A stretch of 64,000 bases of DNA from Podarcis melisellensis. Lineage: Eukaryota. A model generated the notes under the pieces. The model saw only the letters and a list, made by a program, of their open reading frames with translations, was not told the origin of the DNA and did not search any database. The translations under genes and the position numbers were made by a program. Position 1 is the first letter of the stretch. The number at the start of each line of letters is the position of its first letter. Positions 1 through 10,956 of the stretch are shown here, in pieces. The DNA lies in NCBI GenBank assembly GCA_964234715.1, contig OZ174279.1; one strand, given 5' to 3'.

Positions 1-400
1 CTTGCAGCAGCAGCATTGGAGGGGCAGGCACCGCCAATCCTTACCCCTCCACCAACCAATTTTTTAACCAGTGCCTAACCGCAACCTTACAAGTTGTGAC
101 GATTTGATACACAGTAGGCAAAAACCAAATGGCACCAGCCAATCAGCCAATTGTACAAAATTCCTACCAGGCCCCTGCCCCCAAAGCATACAACCCCATG
201 ACAGAAATTAGGGAGGGTGGGCGAGTGATCCGATGCACACAGCAAAAGTGCCCAGTCAGAGTTGCGTGACTTCATTTTATAACCTTTAGTCCAACCCCCT
301 AAATGGCACCAACAACCCAACCGCCCAATCATTGCGGACGGTCATCTAAACTAACACGCCCAGCAACAGAGGGGTGGCCTGCCAGACCCCACCGCAACAC
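1..400 (-). repeat. Dispersed repeat fragment, same family as 46660-47340 (retroelement UTR/terminal-repeat-like, class unassigned)
   Basis: 70-250 aligns by eye with 46950-47157 (shared agtgccta.ccgcaac.ttacaagttgtga.gatttg, aaatggca.cagccaatcagccaa, aaaattcct.cc, tccgatgcaca). Boundaries approximate. Confidence 0.6.
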
Positions 401-424
401 ATGCTCTCTATGAATGAGAACATG

Positions 425-541
425 CTTTCCCACACCTGCCTGGCAGGATATCTTCATAAAGTCTTTTTCAGCTCTGCTAGGAAATGCCAAGGACCTGGGA
501 CTTTAGAATTTGCAGTGCATTATGTTTTATCACTGAGCTAT
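425..541 (-). mobile_element. Degenerate Squam2-like tRNA-derived SINE fragment
   Basis: Reverse complement begins tagctcagtgataaaacat...tgca...gtcccagg...ttggcatttcc, resembling the copy at 49969. Confidence 0.5.
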
Positions 542-551
542 GGTGTGTCCT

Positions 552-896
552 AGGATGCGGGTGGTGCTGTGGGTTAAACCACAGAGTCTAGGACTTGCTG
601 ATCAGAAGGCTGGCAGTTCAAATCCCTGTGAGCTCCCGTTGCTCGGTGCCTGCTCCTGCCAACCTAGCAGTTTGAAAGCACATCAAAGTTCAAGTAGAAA
701 AATAGGTACCGCTCCAGCGGGAAGGTAAACGGCGTTTCCGTGCACTGCTCTGGTTCGCCAGAAGCAGCTTAGTTATGCTGGCCACATGACCCGGAAGCTG
801 TACGCCAGCTCCCTCAGCCAATAAAGTGAGATGAGCACCGCAACCCCAGAGTCGGTCACGACTGGACCTAATGGTCAGGGGTCCCTTTACCTTTAC
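552..896 (+). mobile_element. Sauria SINE (Squam1, lacertid-type), full length
   Basis: tRNA-like head (gtggtgctgtgggttaaacc ... gttcaaatcc), ACCTTT tail, TSD ggtgtgtcc at 542-550 and 897-905; highly similar to three other copies in the window. Confidence 0.93.
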
Positions 897-2015
897 GGTG
901 TGTCCCACCCCAGTCACCTAATCTCTGATAATGGAGCTTCTGGAGAAGGACCATAGTTGCAGGTGACAGGCAGGTTCATGTGAGAGCAGAGACGGCCCTG
1001 TAGAATGTATCATAGTCCCATCTTTGGGATGACAAATGATTTTTAAAGAAATGCATTTGACTTGATTTGGATGAGGGCATGCTAGTGCTCGTTTCAATAA
1101 GGGTTTGTCCAGGAGAGCTTCCCAGTGCATTGTTCCCCATAACTGCACTGAAAACTTAGTCATTTCTGAAAAATGTCCCCGCCTTTCTCAGACAAATATT
1201 AGGAGCAACAACAACCAAACTGGAGGCCCATGGCAGCATTAACCCTGTGAACCCAGATTAAACGTGAATGATTGTTTCATATTCCAAAGCAAATTACTGC
1301 TTTGGCCAGGCCTGTTTGGTATCCAAACCACTAAAGGAGATGGGAGTAGCCACAAAAGTTCAACTCTGATCCAGCTTAATCCCTCTAGGGAATAATAGAA
1401 AACTTGAAACATAAGTGTAGTATAAGCATTTGTATACCGGGAGATTAATATTCATCCTGCTGCAGATAAAATGGATTGCACAATGAGAAACATTGCCAAA
1501 ATCTGAAACCTCCTCTCTCTGTTCACCACCTTAACAATATTTGCTTGCATCAGGTGTTTTTTGAGGCTTTGGTTGTTGTTTTTTGAAGTTTGCACATGGC
1601 ACTCTCATTTGCATTTAATGTACTTCAGATTACTTCCTTTTGTTGTGCTAAACATTTCTCTCAGTTGAGCCTAATTTGATGAGGTCATGCTGTCACCCCT
1701 GACCCCTGGGTTCCTAAGTGAAACCATCTGACAGTAAAGTAAGTGGAAGGAGCCCTTTGCTTGTTCACAGATACTTGATATTTGCAGATATGCAGCTGGA
1801 TTTGAAAATGACTCATTTGCCAGGTTAACACTTGACTGGAAAAATGGAGCTAACAAATTCTCACTGGAGGGAGGGAGATATCCAGAACAGAAATTGGGCC
1901 AAATCGATCCAGTGTCAGAAATCCCTACATCTTGATTGTTATTTTTTAAGTAAATTGATGTTTATTAACTGTATCCTGAACTCTTCCAAAGCATACATGA
2001 ATTTTAGCTCAGAGC

Positions 2016-2408
2016 TAGGATGGACAAGTCTGTCCATCTCTGTTTCTCTCAGTTACTTATTTTTCCCCTGTTCAGTTTGGCTTTCCCCAGCTGGATTGCC
2101 TCTTTTAAAGTCTGCCTGAAAAATTGTCTGTGTTATATGTACATGTTTCGTAATGTGTGCACTTTTGTATGCAATTTTCTGTACAGTTTTCAAGCATTTT
2201 TTCTCTGAAATGTTTGCCTTTTGGTACCTAATTTTCACTAATACTTTCATTAATATACTCATTTTTGAATGCACTGTTGACGAATACATGCATTTGATAT
2301 GCATAATGTGGCCAAAGAACCAAATTTGGAGAAGTGTTAATTTTAAAGGAGAGCTGGGAGCTGTGTGTTTGTGTATTAGTTCAGGAAGTTCATTTTTGTT
2401 CATCCTTA
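2016..2408 (+). mobile_element. Old non-autonomous DNA transposon (hAT-like MITE, AT-rich degenerate internal repeats)
   Basis: Ends taggatgg / catcctta. Internal block aaatttggagaagtgttaattttaaagga recurs, approximately, in reverse complement near 52100-52130. Confidence 0.5.
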
Positions 2409-2897
2409 GTTGGAATCCAAGTACGTAATCTTCAGTCATTGCAAAGGCGCAATATATCTCCTTGATTGCAAGGAGCCCCACAGGGAGGTTGCTCAAGAAG
2501 GGTATTTGGGGGACTGGCATAGTCATGAACTGCTGAACCAGAATCTCACAAAGTGACATTTTACTAGGCTTTAATCTGCTTCATGATATCAGTGCAAGCA
2601 AAATTATTCAGCCCCTGCTTGCTTCCTATAAATTGCTTCCTATAACTATTACGGCAAGGCTGTGCAATGCACTAGCAATGTATATATTATTGCTATTCCC
2701 ATTCATGGATCTTTATGTTAGGAGGCAGCTCTTCTGGTGAAAACTAACATATTAGATAGGAGAATGGCCGCAGTAAGTCCTAGAAAACCCCTGTGCCAAG
2801 TGATGTGTCTCTTTTAGTCCAGGCCGTGGGTGCAACAGATGAAGTAAAACTTTGAATGGGAGACTTTCTGGGGTCAGTCGTGGAAAGACAGATAAGC

Positions 2898-3168
2898 AAA
2901 TGGTGCCTGGTGCCTGTTGGGACTGGTAGGGTGGAAGACAGGAAGGCCAATAGTAGGTGGGGCCAGAGCCAACGACAGGCTGTGCCAGCTGGTTCTTGCT
3001 TTGTCTCCTTCCTGCTGTGTTCTGCAAAGGCAAACATGGAGACCATAGAAGACGAAGATGGCAGGCAGTGCCACCTGGGGTGGTTGTAAGTAAGAAAATG
3101 AGGCAGGTGAGGATGACTGAGAGCAGACTAGGATAATGTTGATGGGTCTAATAGACCAGCCTCCACTA
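2898..3168 (+). mobile_element. hAT-type MITE (cagtggaggctgg TIR family), degenerate copy
   Basis: Ends ccagcctccacta; body (ggtagggtggaag...ccaatagtagg...gttgtaagtaag...gcagact) matches 40324-40597. Confidence 0.65.
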
Positions 3169-3194
3169 AAGGATGCTATTTCTGGTCCCTCTGC

Positions 3195-3363
3195 CAGTGG
3201 CGTAGCGTGGGGGGTGCAGGGGGGACCGGCCGCACCGGGCGCAACATCTCGGGGTTAGGGTTAGGGGGCGCAAATCCACAGGTTAGGGGGCGCAAATCCA
3301 CGGGTTAGGGGGCGCAAATTACTTGCCTTGCCCCGGGTGCTTACAACCCACGCTACGCCACTG
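3195..3363 (+). mobile_element. Telomeric-motif hAT MITE, copy 1 (3 internal units)
   Basis: 17-bp TIR cagtggcgtagcgtggg / cccacgctacgccactg; perfect 8-bp TSD ccctctgc (3187-3194, 3364-3371); four TTAGGG motifs. Confidence 0.95.
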
Positions 3364-5624
3364 CCCTCTGCTCATAATACCCTCTTATTCCTTAGTTCAT
3401 GCCTCACTTCTGTCCTTGATTAAATACAGTGCAGCAGAATCACAAATATCCCAATGGGACAGGGGTAAACTAAGCAAACTAGTGCAAAACCTTAAGGCAA
3501 GCTAGGAAGTTGGGAGTGCCAATGTGGTGTCCTAACATGTATAGTCACTCTAAAGCAACTGAGCTGCCTGTCTTTGCATTTCCTATCTATTCTCTATCAA
3601 TTCAAGATGCACTGAATATTCCTGGGTAATTACAGTATATCTGATAGATTATCTTTCAAATGCATCAGCGTAAATTAAATTTGTGGAATATGGGCATTCT
3701 GTGTTTGCCAAACTATTCCAGTTTATATGAAAATTACTCTTTTCCCCATTTCCCAGGGGTAACGAACCTGTCAAATGAAGAAATAAAAGACACTGTTAGT
3801 TTGAGAAAGCCAGACCATGCCAAATCACTAATTAAAATTTAGATTGTATGGTAGCAAGCAGGTGCATAATGTCTTTCGGGAACAGGCTAAAATGTCTACT
3901 CTTGACTTTTAATTTTAAAGCAGGATGTAGGCGTCAGTGATTATGAACACAGAATTGAAGGCAAACCCTACGAGACACACAAATATAGCACTGGATTTTA
4001 AAATGGTTCTGTTTATGGATCACTACATGTTTTGTGGAGGGTTTTTTGGTGGAAACACCATGCAAACTAGGTCTCTTAAGGCTGTTCCAAGTTCCAGACA
4101 CAAGTGCTGGATCGCATGAACAATTTGCCACCACCTTGAAAACATTCTGCAAGCAGAAAGCTAGCATTTTCAGGAGAAAGAGTGTAATGCTGTTCTTTCC
4201 CTGACACATTACATTTATAGATGCAGAGAGTTTGGGGAAGAATTCCATCATCTATCCTTCACCTGCAACTACAATCCAAGATGTCTGGTTGAGCAGTCAG
4301 GAGGCTGCCCTGTCAGAAATAAGTACACGGTAAACGTACTTCATCTAATCCTATCCAGCTCATTCTCACATCCAAGGCTGATGACTATACAGTAAAAACC
4401 AATTAAAAGGATTTCGGTTCAGTAAGTCTCTTATGTTTGCTTACAAATCTGTAAAGTGTCATGTACATTGATGGCGATAACGATGATGATGTCAGGATGT
4501 CAAAGTGACATTGCATTAAGCAATCTGAAGATAGAACAACAAATATACCATTGATGGCCAAGCCCTGTTCAGGCATTCACCTCCACAAGTCTTCCAAATA
4601 CATGGAAAGAGGAACGGGGTCAGGTATACTGGTGACATCCCCATCTATGCTGATTCCACCCTCGACCATTGCACATGAGGTATGAAGGTTGAAATTGTCG
4701 TACCTCCAACTGAATGCACTTAGAACTCTTAACAGGAACAGGAATAGGAACCCAGATTGCACTGGTCTCCCCTGGTTGCATGAAGGATTTAAGTGTGTTC
4801 AGCTGAATGCAAGAAGATACCCCTTTCACACTTCCCCTCTCAACATGCAAAGGTCTCAGACTGCAGCTGGAGTTTGCAGGGGTGGGGCTAGAGAGCACAC
4901 CTGCTCCTCTCTCCGTGCATCCTTGGTGAATGCTTGAATGAGGCTCTTATCAACAAGAAATGAGGCCAGATTTAAGCCAGCTGCTGAGGTTAGAAGCAGA
5001 AGGGGCTGGAACAGAAGCACAAGTGTATTTGGTAGCAAACGAAAGCTTTCTTGGTCGCCAATTCATTGGGAGCTAAAAGGATTCTTCCTTACAGTACTTG
5101 AAGATTACTCGTGTAATCCTGTTTGTACAGCTGAGTGAAACTGCAACACATTTCCCTCACATTATGTTTTTGAATCTCCAAATGAAATTTGCTTTGACTA
5201 AGACATATCTTTGGGGCTTGCTTTGCTTAAGAAGAGCAACAAATCTGTTCCTCAGAGCTTAGTTATCCAAAGTCACGGCTATCCATGTTTCTTGTTCGTC
5301 CCTAACAGGTTGGACTAGACCCATGTCAGGGCCCAAATATCTGATGATGCAGTTTGGCTTAGTCCATTTAGGCAAATGAAGCTGCAACTTTATTCTAGGA
5401 CAAGCGGTTGCTGAGAATAATATCGTGCAAATTCTTCTTACATTAACAGTGACAGGCTTGAGGTGACCTCAGGCAAAATCTCCCTCCTTATGCTGACACT
5501 TCAGGGCTTTGTACTTTGGGGCAACAGGGTGGCACCACTCTTCTTCTGCCTCTGCTGACCTTCTCGCTGCTTGTCGTGCTAGGCAGACAGAGAGCTAGCC
5601 TAGACTGGTAAAGGTCGCCATTTA

Positions 5625-5852
5625 CCTTTGAAAACATCCCTGAAATGAGTTCAACACGAGTGGCAATAAGTTCAGCCACTCAGACGCCACCTTTGGGGCC
5701 TCAGAGCCAATGCAGGTATTGGAATGGTGAGACTGAAGCGGGACCTCCCTACTCTGGCATTGTCATTGGCTCTTCAACCCCAAAGGAGGCATTTTGAGTG
5801 GCTGTGATCGCTGCCACTCACGCTGAATTGTCATGGGGGAACTTTCAAAGTA
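5625..5852. repeat. Old degenerate palindrome (~105-bp arms), probable ancient fold-back DNA transposon/MITE
   Basis: Left arm tttgaaa...gagtggca...cagccactca...gcc.cctttgggg...agagccaatg mirrors right arm cattggctct...ccccaaagg.ggc...tgagtggctg...tgccactc...tttcaaa. Confidence 0.8.
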
Positions 5853-7724
5853 GGATAGTACAGTATCTGAACCCTTGGCTACTGGGCACGGTGGCTCTTA
5901 ATGGACTACAGCTTGTTGCCAACAGGTCACTAGCCCCTGCCTGGTGGCCATTTAAGGGCCTCAAACTTAATGCCTGGTAGTCTGATGCTAATGGTACTAC
6001 AATATGTTAAACATGTTTACTAAAGATAGTGGCTTGCATACAGGCTAAACTGGAAACTACTTGGCACAAGCATGAATGACTTTAAGTCACTTTAAATTCA
6101 TCTTCACCAGAGCTGTTTCTATCTAATGAGTTAGCATCTGAGCCTCATGCAAATCCAGTGTGTTCCTCCAGGCCAACTCAAACTGCCACCACATGGTGAA
6201 CTTTTGTATTTAAAAGCAACTTGTGGCATAGAGGCCACAAGGAGCAACTGAAATTGCTTTCCATGTGGTGCCTGTTCCTATGTACAGCCCCTAAGGCAAG
6301 AGTTTATCTGGTATACCAGGACAAAATAAGTACATGTCTGTATCCATTTAAGGCCAGTGCGTTGCATGCTAGTCCCCCTCCCACCCACAAAAAGGAAATT
6401 ATACAAAGGAAAGCCCAACAATTGAATGTGAGGCCCACACTAATAAAACAGGATCCCCCAGGATGGTACATCTGGATGGCTCTAATTTCAAAACTCAGGT
6501 GAGCTGTTTTAGCACCTCTGATCTCTGCAGCCCAGATGTTTGGAGCACTTCCACGTTCTCCTCCCCTTGACGGTCCACACGGCTCACCAGATTATCTCCC
6601 GAGAGGTGTTCGAGCATTGGACACGAGGCATTTGCCAAGGATCTTATCATAATAGTTGGATCTGGACCCATCCCAAATCTAACAACCCTTCTCCCCATCT
6701 CCCATGAGCAGGTCTAGGCAGTGAACCATCATTCTTTTCCCAGAAGAGTGTATGAGGCAACCTGCATGCAGCATTACCCTCTCTCCCGTCCCTGACATTT
6801 GGTGGAAGGAGCAGGTGGCAGCAAGAGGGAGGATGGTGGGGTGGGGGTGAGGTTCAGGTGGGTGATGCAGACAAATTTGAGGAGCTAACAGATCTACTGT
6901 AGATGGGCCAGTGAGATGATGTCACCCTGTCAGCTGCTGCAAAGCATGTGATACTTGCGAGGGTTGATCAAAGGGAACAATAATTTAGATGCCAAGAGGA
7001 AGCAGCATGTAGAACTTCAGATTCAGCAAGGCATGAAATCCTGGTGAAAAGATCCTCCTTTTGATCAGCATTATGGAAAGAATTTGGTTGGGGAAAATCA
7101 GTTATCTAAGCTTGATCCCCTGGCTTCTTCTTTGGGATTTAAACCTCAAGATTACCAAGAACATGACTCTCCCTCTAGGAGTTTGCTCCATAAAATCATT
7201 TTGGCAGTTGTGACACACATAATTCTTCTTCCATATGTTTCATTTTCTTTCGGAGGAGCCCCACCCATGAGAATTTGAGAGATTTAAGGCCAATCTGAAG
7301 CATGAATAAACAAACAAAAGCCAATATATATGACCATAATTTTCTACAAAACCCTTTGAAAGTCCCTACTTAGGGATGCAACATGCTCTTTAAAAGCAGC
7401 AACAACAGCAACTCTTGTCTCTTTAATTTCATACTCTATAATTAAATGTAATGCAAAGAGACTAGCCAGGAGTAGAAAAGGGTGGCAAGTAAAACTGAAG
7501 ACCTCTCTACAGACCCATCTTTCAAAGGCAGAATATTAAACACACTGGCCTGATTTGCACACCACATTAAACCATGGTTAAAAACAAACCATGGTATAAT
7601 GTGAACATATCTGAGCCTCAAGCACACTGCCGAAACATTCTCATTGGCTGACTGTGGAAATGGGTGGGGGGAATACAGTGGAGGGGAGTGGCTCAAACCC
7701 TGAATAGGCAGACTCCATTCCATG

Positions 7725-7962
7725 GGTTGGATCCAAAGTAGCACTGAGTAACTCATTCCATCAGTAAAAGGATTTCCACATAGCATAATGGGAGTTCTCC
7801 CCTCTCCTCCTCTTGTGTGCTCCATAAATCTGTTCTAAGGATTCTCCCCATCTCTGGAAAAGATATGGGGAGTAGGCAGGGCATGTGGGGACAGGAGGGG
7901 GAAAGTCTCATTGTGCAAGCAGAAGTCCTTGCACTGATGGGATACGTTAGTTGGATACTGCA
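7725..7962. mobile_element. Old palindromic MITE (possibly PIF/Harbinger-derived)
   Basis: Imperfect terminal inverted ends ggttggatccaa / ttggatactgc with inner ccatcagtaaaagga / tccttgcactgatgg; similar layout at 34625-34885. Confidence 0.45.
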
Positions 7963-9097
7963 CTGTGACATTTTATTACAGGGGTGCTGTGTCCCCACCC
8001 CCCAGCCTTGTGTATTTCCTTACACCAAGACCCATACAACATGTTAAGTTAATCACATTGCTTGCCCTTGAACACAATATTTTTTCTTTCCTAGAGAATG
8101 CTCACCCCTCCCCAAACTACAGAAGGACCATGGTTTGTGAGGGGCTTCAACCCTTTTCCTGCTGATGCTGTCTTGATCCTGATTGGGAACCCCACACTTG
8201 CTATTAGCTTGGTGGTGGGCGGAGCTCTTGTTTTACCTTCCATTGTCATCTTCCACCACATACATGTGAAATGGCTACAGGGCTTCAGAGTAGGCTCCAG
8301 CAATGGGGCCCATATAGGGGACCCAGGTACGAGCTGAGCAATGACTTAAAACTTGGTTCCGTCTGACCTCAGCAAACTAAGCATAGAGCTTTTGAAATAA
8401 AAGGGAAAGCTGCAAAACAAATATTAAGCAACATACAGATTTCATTATATACATTCTTCAGGTTTGAAACCAAGTAGGTAATTTGTTTTTTGGATACATT
8501 CAAAGAGATAAACAATAATGTTGGTGCTGGGTCATTGTTTTGATAGTTCCAAATACAGCCCTATTGCTGCTCTTTCATTAGTTTATTTTTTTAAAAAGGA
8601 AATCCTTGCATTTTCTGACATAATCACTGGAGTGTTACATAGTTTGCATGTAACAACAAAACAAAACCTTTCCATCCCCTCGCATGCCATTTGGACTGAT
8701 TTAGTGAAACCTCTCGTGAGAAGCAGTCCAATATCAATAGAACTTACAGTATGAGCCATTGCAAACATAAATTATATTGATTTATCTTTTGGAGCCTAAA
8801 ACTCAACCGTAACTAATTACAATATGCTTGCTTTTAAAATGGACTTTTTGAAGCATGTTTTTGACAAATAGATCACACAGGATTATGCGGCTGCAGATTT
8901 CTTTCCCATATTTCAGAAAGAAAATCACATATGTGGCATTGCATGTTAATAAATCAGAGGGGAAAGTCACTCTGCACACGTGCTCAGAAACCTGACTCCC
9001 ATCCCCATTTTCTTAAAGAAAAAAGGAGGCATTTAGACAGAGCATCAAAGAGCTCTGGAAATATGATGTGAAACTCTATAAAATGACTCTAAATGAA

Positions 9098-9293
9098 NNN
9101 NNNNNNNNNNNNNNNNNNNNNNNNNNNNNNNNNNNNNNNNNNNNNNNNNNNNNNNNNNNNNNNNNNNNNNNNNNNNNNNNNNNNNNNNNNNNNNNNNNNN
9201 NNNNNNNNNNNNNNNNNNNNNNNNNNNNNNNNNNNNNNNNNNNNNNNNNNNNNNNNNNNNNNNNNNNNNNNNNNNNNNNNNNNNNNNNNNNNN
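9098..9293. other. Assembly gap (196 N)
   Basis: Run of N. Confidence 1.
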
Positions 9294-9795
9294 ATACGAA
9301 AATAAGTGCTAGATATACACAACTCTGCTGGTGGCACATTCATCATCACTACTTTTATTAGCAAACAGAGTATTACTTAGGTCACTTCTCACTGAGCAAT
9401 TATGACCATTGAGAGAAGAAATGTGAAACTGTTATAGTTCATTAAGGTTTAGAATCAGATGAGCTGAAAAAAATGTGTCTGTTGATACAACTAAAAAAAA
9501 AACCCCAAGTAAGATCAACGATCAAGCTCTTTTATCTCAGTTGACACGAATAGATTGTATTATATGCAATTCTCATGACGGTACTTTTTTGTTTTGCTTT
9601 TAACATTTATATGTGATCAGTTGTCCTTTACTTCACTTGCAAACTCTGTCTATATACTTTGCGAGGAGATTGTAAAAAATCCAGTTAATAATTGCCTTTA
9701 TGTGTATGGTCAAGATGGTCAGTGGAATATGTGGGTAATGATGATTTAGATTGGCCCTTCATACATCCTCGTGGCAGAAGAGATCCTGGCTAGGA

Positions 9796-10830
9796 CTACA
9801 GTGGTTTCGCTCCTTCCTCCTGGGCCGTGTTCAGAAAGTGGTGGGGGGGGATGAGTGTTCAGACCCTTGGGCCCTCACTTGTGGGGTACCTCAGGGTTCC
9901 GTCCTCTCCCCCATGCTTTTTCACATCTATATGAAGCCGCTGGGAGAGATCATCAGGGAGTTTGGACTGGGTGTCCATCAATATGCAGATGATACCCAGC
10001 TCTACCTCTCTTTCAAATCAGAACCAGTGAAGGCTGTGAAGGTCCTGTGTGAGTGCCTGGAGGCGGTTGGAGGATGGATGGTGGCTAATGGATTGAAGCT
10101 GAATTCTGACAAGACAGAAGTACTGTTTTTGGGGGACAGGGGGCGGGCTGGTGTGGAGGACTCCCTGGTCCTGAATAGGGTAACTGTGCCCCTGAAGGAC
10201 CAGGTGCGTAGCCTGGGAGTCATTTTGGACTCACAGCTGTCCATGGAGGCGCAGGTCAATTCTGTATCCAGGGCAGCTGTCTACCAACTCCACCTGGTAC
10301 GCAGGCTGAGACCCTACCTGCCTGCGGACTGTCTCGCCAGAGTGGTGCAGGCTCTAGTTATCTCCCGCTTGGACTACTGCAATGCACTCTACGTGGGGCT
10401 ACCTTTGAAGGTGACTTGGAAACTACAGCTAATCCAGAATGCGGCAGCTAGACTGGTGACTGGGGGCGGCCGCCGAGACCACATAACACCGGTCTTGAAA
10501 GACCTACATTGGCTCCCAGTACGTTTCCGAGCACAATTCAAAGTGTTGGTGTTGACCTTTAAAGCCCTAAACGGCCTCGGCCCAGTATACCTGAAGGAGT
10601 GTCTCCACCCCCATCGTTCTGCCCGGACGCTGAGGTCCAGTGCCGAGGGCCTTCTGGCGGTTCCCTCATTGTGAGAAGCAAAGCTACAGGGAACCAGGCA
10701 GAGGGCCTTTTCGGTAGTGGCGCCCGCCCTGTGGAACGTCCTCCCATCAGATGTCAAAACGATAAACAACTACTTGACATTCAGAAGACATCTTAAGGCA
10801 GCCCTGTTCAGGGAAGTTTTTAATGTATGA
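9796..10830 (+). pseudogene. L2 ORF2 reverse transcriptase remnant with one in-frame premature stop at 10672-10674
   Basis: ORF track 9751-10674; same frame continues EAKLQGTRQRAFSVVAPALWNVLPSDVKTINNYLTFRRHLKAALFREVFNV to TGA at 10828-10830. Confidence 0.9.
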
Positions 10831-10913
10831 TATTTAAGTGTTTTCTGGTTTCTATGGAAGCCGCCCAGAGTGGCTGGGGAAACCCAGCCAGATGGGCGGG
10901 GTACAAATAATAA

Positions 10914-10956
<43 letters not shown>
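10914..10956 (+). repeat. (ATT)n microsatellite, L2 tail
   Basis: About 14 tandem ATT units. Confidence 0.95.

Larger units (their letters stand above)
9795..10956 (+). mobile_element. 5'-truncated L2-clade LINE (RT C-terminal half, 3' UTR stem-loop, (ATT)n tail)
   Basis: Translation has GVPQGSVLSP, YADDTQLY, LKLNSDKTE, SRLDYCNAL, LHWLPV typical of L2/CR1-group ORF2; 3' end gccgcccagagtggctgg...ccagccagatgggcggggtacaaataataa then (ATT)n. Confidence 0.95.

Noticed and set aside
540-917. Recurrent ORFs such as LWVKPQSLGLADQK (also 16488, 18691, 21682)
   Set aside because: Chance translations of the non-coding Sauria SINE.
2053-2559. 168-aa minus-strand ORF
   Set aside because: Overlaps an AT-rich MITE; no recognisable domain.
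3251-3320. TTAGGG motifs as a true telomere, fusion scar or CRISPR-like array
   Set aside because: At most two contiguous hexamers, the spacers are identical rather than unique, and the array lies inside TIRs and a TSD, so it is transposon cargo.
6460-6700. Possible small exon (cag|gtgag donor near 6498) and adjacent CpG-retaining segment
   Set aside because: No recognisable protein in any frame and a weak acceptor; needs RNA-seq or homology.
9068-9364. ORFs spanning N runs (also near 45.2 and 51.3 kb)
   Set aside because: Artefacts of assembly gaps.
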